A stretch of 64,000 bases of DNA from Guillardia theta CCMP2712 (lineage: Eukaryota > Protista > Cryptophyta): positions 45,116 to 109,115 of the forward strand of contig NW_005434509.1 of the NCBI RefSeq assembly GCF_000315625.1, given 5' to 3'. The position numbers were made by a program, and so were the translations under genes. Shown in pieces: positions 11,201-26,200 of this stretch. The notes below the pieces were generated by a model, which saw only the letters and a program-made list of their open reading frames with translations, did not search any database and was not told where the DNA came from. The first letter of the stretch is position 1. Every line of letters starts with the position of its first letter.

Positions 11201-14200
11201 AACTGAATGTCCTTGTTTCAGCACGGTGCCCTGCGATGCCCATCGCAGGTTCCACGATGTCCGCTTGTCCTCCAGGGAGCATTGTCATCCCCCCGACCCC
11301 TGTGAGTGGAGGTGATACGATCTTGCACTCTGATATCAAGGCAGACTTCCCTGTCAGGATGATTGGTCAGAGCAACCCTTATCCCGGCGAAGTCAACGTC
11401 ATCACACTTACTCTCTCTAGCAACTTCGAGTTCCGTGCCAACTCCGGTCAGAACCTCATGTTGACTTTGTATGGACTTGTTGGGCTGCCAAACGTCACCA
11501 GCTCTATCTGCCTGAAAGCGAAAGCTTCCAACACTTACTACGACCAGGCCATGAGCTCTGGTGACTTGCCATTTGCGGGAGCTTGCATGAACTGCGCCTG
11601 CAACACTAGCGATTGCAACGCCTTTTTCAAGGTAGCAACCTTGAGTGATCCATACGTCAGCATGTACATCAGTGGCGACATGCAGGCAGGACGCAAATAT
11701 GTCTTCTCATTTGAGATCAAGAACCCGTCCCAGCAGCAATCATCTCCATTAAACATCAACCTCAGGCTGAATTGGAATGACGTGACTGCTTTCAATGTCC
11801 CTATGCAGAAAGATATGTACGGCATTCCTACAGGTGTAGTGGATGCGGCAGTTGGAGACTCTGCTCCTCTCTTCATCAGGTCGAGCATCTTTTCTAGCAT
11901 GTACATCTACCAATCGAACTCGAACCCTTGCGCGAAGAACAAGATCTGCGCCAGGATCAAACCGTCTGTCCCCCTGTCAGCTGAGGCCGGCCACGTCATC
12001 ATCATGTCAAATTTCGTCAATGCTGTTGTGACCGGAACAGATGTTGCCATCGAGGTCCCCTCGACCTCTTACTCAACGCAACTCTTCCAGACTGCGTCAG
12101 GAGCTATCAACTACGGAACTTGGAGTGATAGCAGCAAGTCTCTCACTTTGAATCTCTATTGCAGGCTAGAGCCCGGACAAAATTATGACTTCTGCTTCAC
12201 CGTGCAGAATCCGGATCTGTATCAACCTGCTGCGATTGTGAACATCAAAGCAAAGCAAGATGGTACCAATGTTGCCATGCCCAACAAGACAGCTGTCAAC
12301 TTTGATGTGAAAACGGCACCCATGTTCGTTACCAAGGGGGAATTCTCAACCTTCACCGTCTCCCAGTCTTCGAGAAAACCTTGTGATACCAATGATATCA
12401 CGATCTCGTTCACCATCAACATCGACATCGTGTGTGATCCTGAAATCACCATCTCTGGTCTTGATGGTACCAGCCTAGCCTCGAATCTGACGCTGGATGA
12501 CACCTTGAGTGCTGTTACGATGCTAAACGAGGGAAGCTTCAAGTTCTATTGGCCGGGTAACGTCACCCAAGGAAGTCACACGGTCAAGTTCACGATCAAG
12601 AACGACAATGTGGCAAGGACTCACTCGGTGCAGATGAACATCGCTAGATTTCAGATGATTTCTCGAACATCCGATTTCACCGTTGATGCTCCTGCCATTA
12701 GTGGCTATTCACTCACCCAGCAGACGCAGTGGCCTGGGGTTCAGACGGCAGTTAACGTCAAGTTCCAGATTAATGCCGGAAGTTACTCGAAGGCAAACGA
12801 TGCAGCCATTACTTTGAGAGGATTGCCTGCATCTTGGTTCGGTGCTTTCACCATTGGCGCAAGGAACAAGGGAATCGAGTGTGTCATCCCTCCTTTCCCG
12901 AATGTCAGCACGACTGCTTCTGTGAACAACACAAACAGCTCCAACAGCACGGGAAGCTCCAACAGCACGAATAGCTCGCTAAGCTCGAGCACGGCAGCCA
13001 ACACAAGCAACATCTCTGATACCTACATTCTCTTTACGAATCAGATGGCTTCTGCTCGATTCTCAAACGTCAATGCAAACAATGCAGATCATTTGGTTTG
13101 CGTCAGGTACTCGCATGACGACAACACTTGGCAGTACTACGGTAAGAGTGCATGGCATGCTTTCAGTACTACAAGTACAGATGTACAATTCCTTGCCTTC
13201 ATGGTGAATCCGGGGGGCAATGCATCAGCTTTATCGAGCAGTGAAAGCATTATGGGCATTGATGCAGGAATTGAGAGCACTTCTTCCGATGTGAGGATTG
13301 GACCCCTTGTGCAAGGATCTGCCTTGAGCAGGTGTGCCAACCCACTTCAACTACAGGTGGAGGGCGATTTCTTGAAGCCTTCCGTCTTCCGCTTGAAGGC
13401 ATCGTCATCCACTTTTGACGCGTCAGCAACGACTAATTCCATCGTCCTTCGTCCCGGACAGACAGCATTGCAGATGATGACGGACATCACTGTTGACTTT
13501 TACGTCACGAACCCGACGACGGGATCTTCCACAGTCAGGGCAGTCGGAACCAGCACCTGCGCCAACTTGCCCTCGGTTGATGTTGGAATGTTGCAGGTAG
13601 TCTCTGCAGCTGTGTTGTCTGCCAAGGCTGTCCAAAGCTCGCCCTTCCCTTGCAGCGTCAACACGATTTCAGTATTGTTTTCCACCAACTTTCATGTGAA
13701 CGGTGCAAGCACAGGCAACTACGTTACATTGTCAAGTTCGATTTTCAGTGCCTTGTCAACGCAACAGCAAACCTACAAACTGATTGAATCGGAGGATGAA
13801 AGCAATCTGTTGCATTATGTTGTTGGGCCCTCGGTCACTTTTACACCAAGCAACAATCAGTTCCAGCTGAAGGTGGCCTCAGGATACAACCTGATTGCAG
13901 GTAAAGAATATCAGTTCGCCTTCAATGTGAGGAATCCCAACTCGACCGTTACCGGAGGTTTCTCGAACTTTGAGATGATGAGTCCACCGCAGTTGGAAGT
14001 TTACAACAGTGCTGCCCTCAGAGCTTCTCAGTCGAACCTGGAAAGCAAGGGAAACCTGGGATTGTGTGGAAGTACCACTGCTAATGACAGTATTCCCCTC
14101 TACATCTACAGACCTGTCATCTCATCTGCTTCTATCGCTCAGGACAACAACGAGCATTGCACTCGCACCACTATGAATGTTTCCTTCCGTGTTAATGTGC

Positions 14201-17200
14201 CCATCTGCTCAACTGGCTGCCAGACTGCCTTGACTATTTCTGGATTCACGGGAGGATACGTCGATGGGGTCACCACTGACACAGTTGTTGACTTGGCTTC
14301 TACCAACAGCGATGACAAGAATCTGTTTGCTGCTAGAGTGAAGGGCGACAAGGGCAAGGGTCTGTGGATGCCCAGCACTCAGACGCTGAAGCTTTATCTG
14401 ACATGCTGCCTTGAGTGCAACAAGGACATCGCGTTCTCCTTCGACCTGTGGAACCCGTCACAGTGCGCTCAAGCGGCGCAGACCATCAGCATCGGAACTG
14501 TCGACACTGGATACAACAATGTTCAGACAGCCTCCAAGCAGATGACATCAACGAACATCCTCAAGGTGGATCAGCCGGTGTTCTTGCACGCTTCTGTGCA
14601 ATCTTCGAGCTCTACTCCATGCGAACTGAGCAACTACACTGTGAAATTCTCTAGCAACGTCAAGATTCCCGTGAACACCTACATCACACTCACAGGATTT
14701 GCTGATGGCAGACTGAGATTCTTGGATGTGAATGCTACTGGCAACGAGTCATCTACCTGCACCAGCCGAGTTCCCCTCACCGTGGTTGTGATCAACAATG
14801 CCACAGACGCGAAACAGACTACCTCGCTTGAGGGTCACTGGAATGCTTCTACCGGACTCATCACCTTCAGATTGCCTCAGCAGCTCACCACGGACAATCG
14901 CCTTGAAGTAGAATTTCAACTCTACAACCCTGCGTCATCGTCCAACGGTTTCACCTCTACTGTGAAGGCAATGATTTGCAACACTTGCCAGTTCACAGAG
15001 GCTACATTGGGGACGGTGCTGCAGGTCAGCAGCATCTCCTTCACTACCAGGGAGATCTGGCAGAGCTCACCTTGGCCTTGCTGTGACAACAACCAGATCA
15101 CTGTCTCGTTGGTGTCCAATGTCGCTTTGCTGGCCTCATGCTCCCCCAAACTCACCATCTCTGGTCTCAACAGCGCCATCGTGAATGCCACATCGATCAA
15201 CGTCACAGACCTTGTTTATGGCTCCATGTATGAAGCATCTTGGAATGACGGAACTATGGTTGTTATGTTGAAGGACTACATGGGCTCGTCCAGTTCTGAT
15301 GCAAAGGCTTCTTCCTTTAACTTCCGCTTCACTGTGAAGAACCCCAGCATCGCTCCAGCTCTCCCAACCATCACCTTCAATGGCGAGATTCGTAACCAAG
15401 TGTGCATGTTGTCGAAGCTCAAGAACGAAACATCAAGCTTCGATGGCACTTTCCAGGCGCCGATGTCATGTGGCTCAAGGTGTTCATGGAGTCAGGACAC
15501 ATGCAGTGACGCATGCTACACTACAAATTGCAGCAGTGTTACCGTTGTCAAGTCAACCGTCACGTCGGTACAGAAGAACTATTCGCAGTGCGTGTACAAC
15601 GAGACGACCAAGTTGAACAATTCCAAAGTGTTCTACTACACAGAGAACATCACTTCGTACTACAATGAGACCACTCAGAAGTGTGACAACCGATCCGATG
15701 TGACGGACAAGTCTCTGACCGACCTCAGGGTTATGAGCATCCGATCTATGCAAATCAAGCATCAACAGATCTATCAGGACAACAACATCCCTTGCAGCCC
15801 CTTTGACGTCACGATCAAGTTCATGACCACCGCTCCCTTGTTCTCTTCATGCCAACCTGAGATTGTGTTTACTGGACTCGTGGGTTCAGTTCCAAATGTA
15901 TCTGTCTTCACCTCCGTCACTTCCGGCTTCACGTTTGGGTCGTTCAATCACCAGACTGGAGATCTTAAGGTCTCAGTTAGCAGCACTCTGAAGCCGGGTT
16001 GTAACCACACGATCAAGTTGGGGCTTCTGCACTGTGCAGCATCCTCAGATGGAATTGCACAATCAGACATCAGGATCTCACACCCGAATGTCAAGGATGG
16101 ATTGCAAGTCTCGACTCCAATCAGCCTAACAAGCTTGACGAGTGTGAGCAAACCGATGGCTGTCAGGACTCTTTCTCTCTTTGGTTATGCAGGACAGAGC
16201 AGCAGAACTCCATGCGGAAGCAACACAATTTATGTCGATGTAAGCAGCGACATCCGAGTGTTCAACTCTTGTATCCCTTACTTGCACTTGAGCGGTTTTG
16301 CTGGTCTTCCTACCCAGACTGGCAGCGTGTCGCTTTCTGCGTCATCCACCCACACCCTCGTGTCCAACGCAGCCACTGGAACCTGGACTAACGGCAACGT
16401 GCTAGTGATTGACCTCCGCCCGTTGATGAATGAGACATATGGTGGATATGCATACGGCCATAACTTCAGCATGTCCTTCACGATCACGAACCCATCTTGC
16501 GGACAGCCTGGCAACGAGCTTTCAGTAAAGATCAAGAGCAACCAGAGCGAAGTGATCCCTTGCCTGTACCTTGAGAGTGCGCTATATGACTTGATGAATG
16601 TGCCATGGGGACACGATTGGCGATCGCAGTTGACGGGTAAAGTGAACATGTCCGCGGACTCACCTTTGGCTATCGACTCTGTAGGGTACAAGATGAACAC
16701 GACGATCTACCAGAGCTCTCCTTATCCCTGCGATCAGAACAAGATCACTGTGAAGCTTGAGCCCAACATCACTCTCTCTCAAGCCTGTGAACCTTTGGTG
16801 ACCATCCATGGCTTTGACTCAGTTCTTGCCCCAGGCACCATCCAAATTGAGTCTGACAGCACAGTGTTCAATTCAACCGCGGTTGTGACATCTGCCAATG
16901 ACCTCGTTGTAAAGATTGTCCAAGATGCATCGGGAAATGCCGTGCATCAGTTTTCTTTCAACATCACCAATCCCAGCCAGCGTTCTGAATCGAGCAGAGA
17001 TGCTCCGTTCTCGCTCATGACTACCCTGAAAGGATCTTGCAGCAGGAGCTACATGCTTATTCCATCTGCTCCTCTCTCAGATTCTTGTTACTCTAACCAG
17101 AAGGAATACTGGCCGATGAACCTGAGAGGTCTTGCTTTCGTTACTAAGAACATCGGACAGAGCAACCCTCATCGAAATTGCCACAACACCATCACTGTGA

Positions 17201-20200
17201 CACTCAGCACCAACATTCCACTCTTGATCACGGATGCTTGCAAGCCTCAGATCACTCTGACTGGATTCACTAATGCTGTTGCAACTCATGGGATGATATC
17301 CTTGGCTGTCATCGGCCAGTGTGAGGGTAGCGAAGATGCTACCTACTTCTTCCGTCCGAACAGCAGCAATGTTCTGGGAACGGGATTGTGGGACAACACG
17401 GCTAAGTCCTTGGCTCTCAACTTGGCTAAAAACTTTCAGATGGACACGAATTATGTTTTCTCCTTCCAGGTGAAGAATCCTCCAGCAAATCAGGCTGCTG
17501 CTACTATCTCGCTGACTACCAATCTGCCAATGTACACTAGCTGTACTAGGACCAGAATCAACTCGTTAGCCTTGACAAACGATCCTGGATTTCCTTGCTG
17601 CATCTGCGATCAGGGCGAAGCTGGAGACTCTTCGCCAATGAAGATCAAGACGCCTGTTTTCTGTATCAAGCGTATCCGACAGTCGGTGAAATGGCCATGT
17701 GCCGATAACGAATTGACTGTGACCATCTCATCTACGATTCCTTTGAACAAAGGAGACACGATCAAGCTCTCTAATTTGACCAACGCGGACCTCACTAGTC
17801 GCAATCTCACTCTGACGGATGGCTCAGGAGGTCTGCGCGATCAGAACTTGTTTGGGCGATATGCCGCCGCTGAGGGCCAGTGGGATGCTTCTGACTTCTC
17901 CTTAACTTTGTACCTCAGAGAGAACCTTGACTGCAGCAGTATGTTCTCGATCAAGTTCACGGTAAGGAACCCCAAGCGTGCACAAGGTTGTGCCATGGTA
18001 AACATCTACACACAAAGTATCGGTACCTCCAAGATGGACTCAGAGGATCTACCCTTCTGCCCGATGTACGTGATGAGAGGAGATTTGACTCCCATAATCT
18101 GGGAGTCAACTTCGAACCCCTGCTGTCAAAACACAATATATGTGCAACTAACGCCAACGGTGCCGCTTAGAAAGATATGTGAGCCTTACCTCGTCATCTC
18201 TGGCTTGACAAACAGTCGAACCCCTGATGGTTCCATCGCCATCACGTCTGATGTCTTCTACGACACAGCCAGTTGGTTTAATGGCAATGGAAGTTTTATC
18301 CTGCGCTTAAATTCGTCTGACTTGCAAGAGAATACCCCAATCAATTTCACTTTCTCCCTACTCAACTCAGAAGATGGCACTGGTGCGACAAACGTCAAGA
18401 TTCAAGGCTCGCAGGTTCTCACAGATGTGTACACCTTCACTGTTCCGACTGGCAAGAAGGTCCCCCTGTCGGTCGATACATTGAAGATTCAAGCTGCGAA
18501 GATCGCACAGTCTTCGCCCTGGCCTTGTGATAACAACACAATCCATGTTCAGTTCAACCTCGTGGGGCACATTCCTCTGGATTGCAACCCTCGAGTTACT
18601 ATCGATGGATTGGATTTCATCCATGATTCTCAAATCATTCAAGTGACTGATGTGAATACCAACCTGACATCGATGCATGATTGGAGCCATCCAAAATTGA
18701 TTCTTGACCTGGTGAAGTTGAAGAACCAATCGTGTTCCGAGGCCGATGCATCTTTCGACCTGAAGTTTACCTTGAAGAATCCCAGTGCTGCACGAAGCGC
18801 GTTCACTGTATACATTGAGGGAAGCCTGTATAAGCAACGAACAGTTCCAATTGCTCGTGTGCCAATGCAGAACCTGACGGAATCCGTCAGCTTCGATGGA
18901 TATGCGGCGTCAAGCCTTCTTCCAACAGCCGAAGATGCACGCGCAGGTTACATCCGAAGCATTGAGATGGGAGGATTTGTCCACCAATCTTCTACCATCA
19001 CGAACTTCAATGTTACAACCCCCTGCCTCCCTGTGAACATCATGGTTTCCTTCAACACTTCGGTGCCCTTGATACCAGCATGTAACCATGTCGTCACTAT
19101 CACTGGACTCAAGTACTCGGCTACGCAGATGTATGAGTTCTCGTCGACTAGCAATCTGATCGGAGACGCAACCTTCGACAGGATTAATGGAGTTTTCGTT
19201 GCCAAGGTCATGTCGATCGTGACAGCTGGTGAACCGCACACGTTTCAATTCAAGCTCACGCATGGAGCCGCTCCTGGAAATGGAGACAGTCAAGTGAATT
19301 TCACCGTATCTCAACTCGCCTATAGGACGCGCCTGGAGACCACCTCTCAGGGTATCGATGCCATCCCCATGCGTGTCGCAGCTCTCTCCTTCCTTGACCT
19401 CGGCATTTGGCAATCGTCGCCATTTGCTTGCAGCCCCAACACAATCACTGTGACGCTCCGCTCCCAGTACGTCACCATGTTGACTAACTGCCAGCCAAAA
19501 CTCACTCTGAGCGGCTTGGACAACGCAGTGACTGCTAACGGTCCGATCAATGTAACCTGGGATGACTCGCAAAATATTGTTGGTACGTGGACTAAGCCAC
19601 AGCTCATGACGATGATGCCTTCCTCGGATACCACGGTTGCCTTGCGTTGGAAGTTCTCGTTTGATCTTCGGAATCCGAACGTGGCCCAACCTGGAAGGAA
19701 TGTCGGTATCCAGATCAGTCTGACGTCTGTGAATGATTCTACTACTCAATCATGGAGCTACAGCGGAATCCCAACTATCACTCAGAATGCAACTGGAAGC
19801 GACCTGTTCCCTTCGGATTTCGATTCCTCCGTCATGAATCCATTGCTGGCATACAACTTGAAGCTGAATGTGACCTTGGTGAACAATTCTGTTCCTCTGA
19901 TGTGGACTTCGTCATTTTCAAGTTTGCAAACCCAGTTCTTGAATACACTTGAGAGCAATCTCAGACATGCGAAAATCCTCTGGCACTACAATGTTTCAAT
20001 TCAGAGTGCAAGTTCCATTGAAATTCATCTCTACACCACGGAGGTCAGCATTGATACAATCAAGCAAACGATCACGGACTCCCTGCCAAGCATCACTTCC
20101 CAATATCGCTTGGCAACATTCGATGTATCGGTGACTCAGAACAACTCCTACTATGTGCGAGAAAGGACTGCTATGGACTCAGATCCTTTGTACGTCCGTA

Positions 20201-23200
20201 ACAACTCTGTCACGATTGCCAACATCTGGCAGAAAACTTTCTATCCTTGCGCTGATAACACCATTTACGTGGAGTTCCAGACCAGGTCTCCGATTTACAC
20301 TGCATGCATGCCTTCGTTGACGATCAATGGTCTGACCGGGTCGATCACCCCAGACACTAGCAGCCTTACCATCCAAGAGTCAGCTAACGAAGTCAACTTC
20401 GGGCCAGGTACATGGACGCAGGCAACAGGCAACCTTGTGATTCCAATCAGCACTGGCAACCAAGGGAACACGATCGGAAACTACCTTTACTCGATGAGTT
20501 TCGGTCTCAGGAACCAGGCGAAGAATCAGCTTTCTCCTGCTGTGAACTTCCGCATCACCTACGTACCAGGCCTCGTTCCTATGACTCGTGTCGCAGGCAA
20601 ACCGATTACTGACTTTGAGGCAACTGTCAACTCGTCCTTGCCTCTCGCAATTGTTGCGATGACTTACAAATATAAGTCAGCTGGTCAGACTTCACCTTAT
20701 CCTGGTTGTCAAAATACCATCACTGTCACTCTTCAGTACAATGTGCCATTCTTCCCAACCAACTGTGTGAATTACATCCGTATCGCTATGACCCGTCTCG
20801 CTGATTCCGATTCAAATCCCACGTTCGCGTTGCCAAGTGTCTCCTTCACTTCCAACATGAACAGTGTGTCGTTGGTCGGAAAGACTCATATCTACAGGAC
20901 TGGAAACGACGCTTGGTTCGCTCCAGGTCAGTGTGACTCCGAGAGCAAGCTTGCGGCCTCATCTTTCATGGATGCGGCCGTTGGCGGCACATCAGGTTAC
21001 GGAGCATTGACAGATTTCACATGCTCTGGACAAAACTATCACAGCATTCAGATGTGGGTAGGGGCGCAGATCAATGCAAACACACCAATCGTTCTGCAGT
21101 TTCAGGCAATCAACCCCATGACGAAGAACAATCCTACACCCCTCAAGGTCGAGACACAAGTGAGCTCAACCTACACCAACGACAATCAGGTGCTCGGATC
21201 TGGAGGGTGCTCAGAAAACATTACGAGCGACAAATCTAGTGTCTTGTGCTGCACCAGTTGCTCTCCTGTTGGGCACGCTGTTGCTGCTGATTCACTGAGG
21301 GTTGATACTACTGGTTATGGGCAGGAGACACAATATGGTGATGCTGAGCCGTTCAAGGTTCATTCGCCTTACTTCTGCACGAGATACATCGGTCAGAGCA
21401 CACCTTACCCGTGCGCCATCAACACGATCTCCATCACGATCACGTCGAATGCCCCGATGCCGGCAAACAAGACGGTGATCACTCTCTCTGGATTCACCGG
21501 TGCGCATGCTCCTTCCGGCGAGATAGACCTTGGAGGAGGTGACAACATGCTTGGTCAGCACATGATGTTTTCTTCTTCATTGGGAGGATCAGTTGGAAAG
21601 GGTACATGGGACAACACCAACAAGAAGCTTACTCTCCAAGTTACTACCACCATTGACTGTGGAACTGATATCCAGCTCAAATTCAATGTGACCAACGATG
21701 CCAAGGCACAGCCATACCAAACGATCAACATCACAGCAACCTTTGGTTCATACACTACCACAAGCTTGCAATTCGTGCATGATCTCACGGACTCCAAAAA
21801 GGCGATGGTCATCTACGAGACCAAGTTCCAAGGTTCGATTTCTGACTCCAGCAGTGAACCTTGTGACGAAAACAGCATCACAATTTCAAGCCTGAAGGCC
21901 AACACTCCGATCTTCCAGACGGAGACCTGCAAACCTACGATTCACATCTGCAACTTTTCCAATCCTGTGATCGCTTCAGTCAACCTCTCGTTCTCTTATC
22001 AGTTCGAAAATGAAATTCTGATGAATGATACTTTGGTATGGGATGGATGCTCTTGCTTGGTTTGGACTGTCACTGAGTTGCTTCCGTTCGATACCAAGAC
22101 TGCAACTGTACAGTTCAAGGTTCGCAACCCAGCAAGAAATCAGCCATCTAAGACCATCAACATTAATGCCCAGAACTTCGGATACAATCCTTCTGACACA
22201 AATAGGTACAGCACTTGGAATTCATTGGGCAACGTCATGATGGTTCAGTACAATGACTTGACGTTTGACATGAATCAGACGACGAACTACCCATGTGACA
22301 TGAACACAGTAACAGTCCTCGTGAACGTCCCGGTCAAAATGGTTCCTGGCTGTGGATGGACTGTACGAATCGGCAATCTGCCAGCCTACTACGGACAACA
22401 AAGTCCTGACCTTCAGGTCACTGGTTTGGGAGGTCTTACCTTGGTGAACCCCGTTGCTTATTGGAATAGTTCATCAAGCCTGTCAAACATCACCATTCAG
22501 ATCAACTCTTTGGTACCAAGGGGTTCTCTGTTCAAAGCTCAGTTTGATGTCAGGAATAGTGGTGCGCAATCGAATAATTGTAACGTGTTGACTCAGTGGT
22601 CATTGAGCACGCAACCATGGTTTACACCTGCTAAGGCCTCGTGTGACACTTCTGCGCAGAGCTACAGCTCTTTGTTGCAACACAACGAGTGGAGCGTCTG
22701 CCGTGTTGTGAGTGGAGTGATTACTCAAGCTTATGTGTCACAAAACAATTCTGTTCCTTGCGATATCAACTACCTCCGTGTCGAGATCACCACCAGCATT
22801 CCGCTGTTTTCAGCGTGTGACACTCAGTTCACACTGAGCGGATTTGGAAGCAACTTTGCCTATGACGCATCTGCATCCGCTTATTCAGAACAGTTCAACA
22901 ATGTCAATGTCAGTCTGAACCTTGCAGGTGGAAACCTGGTTCTGTCACCAAGCATTGATGCTACTCATCCGTGGAATGCTGGTCAAGTCCACGTCCTCAT
23001 GGTTAGGTTGAGGAACAAGGCTGTCAGCTCGGTTCAAGATATCCATGTCAAGAAGGATATTCTTCCCGTCCTTCCATCGGTCAAGATGAATGTCTCTAAT
23101 GTGACGAATGAGAAACCGCTCTACCTAGATGTACCGGCATTAACCATCACAAGCATCTCCCAGACAAGCAAGGACCCTTGTGTCGCTGGAGTGACTCTCA

Positions 23201-26200
23201 CTATCAACTTCCAGATCAGCGTGGGTCTCAACTCCTTGTGTAACCCAACAATCACCCTCGGAGGCCTGGACTCCAAGTTCAATCCAAGACCCGATTCAAA
23301 TCAGAATGATTGGTCTGCTGTGCTTGCATCTTCAACCCCCAGGATGGCGAGCAGCCAGTACACGCTTCTTGTTCTCGTCGACAATACAGTGGACGTTTTC
23401 AACAGGACTTTGACTCTTAACGGAACCTATGGAGTCACGAGCTCGGGAGGGCTGCTGATCAAGCCAGGCTCTCGACTTGGTTATTATGGAACAGGCGTCG
23501 TCCTTTCAAACGTTCAGATCACTTCCTCTTCAGATGTCCCGTGCGATCAGAAGAACACAATTACGGTGCAATTCACTACTGGAAGTTCCTTTAAGTGTCC
23601 CGGAGAGCAGTTGATGTTCTATTTCGGGCCATGCATGTTCATTGATGCAACGGATACATTGGTTTTGTTGTCATCTTCCGACGTTGAGACCTCGGCTGTT
23701 TTCAATAATGCTGCTTTGGCGGTGACATTGCTACCCGAAGGTTTAGCAGCGAATAAGAATGTGCAATTCAGCTTCAACTCCTTCAACGATCAGTTCGATT
23801 GCTCACAGTCTAACTTCGTGCCACGCGTGGAGGCCTTAAAGGCAAAAGGATCGCAATCCTTCAATTACTCGGTAGGTTTCAGGTCGGGCTTCAGCGTGAG
23901 TACAACATACTCGCAGTCGTCAACAATCCCATGTGACTCAAACGATATCACAATCACCTTCCAAGCAACTCAGGTCATCCGGAAGAGCTGTTTGAGCAAC
24001 AGTGGTCAAATCACCATCCGTGGCTTCAAGTACTCACAGACAACGTCTTTGGCAGCTTTGACTGGTACCGCAGTGACCAGCGGTATCGTGATGGCCTCGT
24101 CACTCAAATGGGATCAGAGCACCGGCACCATACTCTTCCGTTTGCTGAAAGACGTTCCTAAAGACACTCCGTATGACCTCAAATTTACCTTGATCAACCC
24201 CAGGGCAGAAAACTTTGTGGGCAGTAACGTCTATTTTGGCTTCACTTTCGAGAAAGATAATAACAATCTGACAAGCCCTGTGACTGCTGTGGCCTTGCAG
24301 ACTGCCAGGGCAAATGCAACCATCTCCAAAGAAGTGATGTGGAACTTTGATTGCTCCACTGCAGAATATTACATCTATGTCAATTTTTCACAGAAAATAG
24401 TGCAAAATTGCCCTTATGAGCTCTACGTTCCGAACCTAGGAATACACAACACATCGTCCACGGACAGCCTCCCAATCTATCCTTGCACCGGTAACTCTCT
24501 CAATACTGCTCCATACGGCAAGTACTATCTGCCACGATTCCCGAATGAGTCTTCCTTGAGTGTGAATATCACATTTGCCGAGGCAAATCAACAATACTGC
24601 TTCAAGATCCTGCTGCAAAACCCATGTCCTCCCCAGCCTGCACCTGGTTTGATTTGTTACAACAATCAGACGTACTTGTTCAAATCCTCCTTCCTTATTG
24701 ACTTTGGTTCCCTTAACTCCACTCAGATCAGTGCAGCTCAGATCTCGTTGGTGAACTACATGAACTCTACCCGTGGAACCATCGCGTATTTTGAGAACGT
24801 CAACACCTTGTGGTTACTTGCATCGGAGTTGTCTTTGGCCCTTACTGATTTGAACTATTTCACGAATAATTACAACCCTACATCAAACACGGTGACTACA
24901 TCAAACACGGTGACTGCGGCGACAAGACGGCTTCTCGAGGAGGAACTTGAGTCCGATCTTGTGCTGGGCCTTCGAAGTCTCAGTAGGCCAATTGCGACAG
25001 CTGAGGATTTGAGCTCTTTCGACATTCGTGTAGTTGGCTCTAGCTCTACCCCTGCACTGAAAGCGACGCCGAAGGCAGTCTGCATTTTCACGTATCTTCT
25101 TGCTTCGCAGGACAATCCATACCCCTGTCACAGGAACCGCATTTCTGTGATGTTCGAAACCAGTGCAAAACTTGCAAAAGGTACCAAGTTGACCATCATG
25201 GGTCTGACGAGTGTGGTGACTCGCGATGGCGTGATGGCGGATCTCTTCGTTTCCCACGATCAAGTGCTTCCAACCTCCGGCAATTACAGCGCTGCTAGTG
25301 GTATGCTCGTCTTCGCCTTAGCTGGCGATTCCGCTCAAGATACGAGGTACACGGTTGCGTTTGACGTGATCAATCCAACCGCCGAAGGCCCTGGCAGCTC
25401 CGTTCGCTTGCTGAGAAGTGCTGCAACCTTGTACATACAGGCAGACAAGCTGTGTATCACACAAGCCATGATTCCCAACGACTACTCAACCTGTCTGAGG
25501 AGCAAGTATGGAATTCAGGGAGCTCGAGCGGGGGATGCCGCACCTTTGGTGGTCTTCCGTGGCTTCTTCAGCTACAAGAGGATCGGCCAGTCTTCTCCCT
25601 ACCAGGGAGCCCAGAACACCATCACGGTCACTCTAGCTTCGACTGTTCCAATTCCACCAACTTGCAACGACCAGACCGTGAAGATCAAGATTTCCAACCT
25701 CCTGGCAACAACCAACGGCGTCGCATCTGGTCCTGTTGCTCTTACACCGATGCGCGGCAAATGCAGCGGACGTGAAAGCGATCCCTTGGCCTTCAAGAGC
25801 ATCGATGGTCAAGTGGGATACGGCTCGTGGGACAACTCCAGTACTGCCTCCCTCACGCTCGTTCCTCAGATAGTCACTGTACCTGCACATGAGTATGTTA
25901 TCTCCTTCCGCATGAAGAATCCCAACGGACAGCATAGCGCTCAGTCTGTTTCTATTTCCTGCGATGCCATGAACATCTCAGCTGCACCCATGGACTTCGA
26001 TCAAACGCTCTCGTGCTGTTCCACTTTGTCGGCTACCAAATGCCTTCTCAGCACAGAACTGGTGGAGTACTCAAAGCCTTTCAACCTCCTCAGAGCAAAA
26101 CTCTGCTACCTTAGGATGACTCAGAGCAGTACGTTCCCTTGCGGCAAAAACTGCATCAGTTTGAATTTCATTGTGAACGTTGCTTTGACAGAAGGGACTG

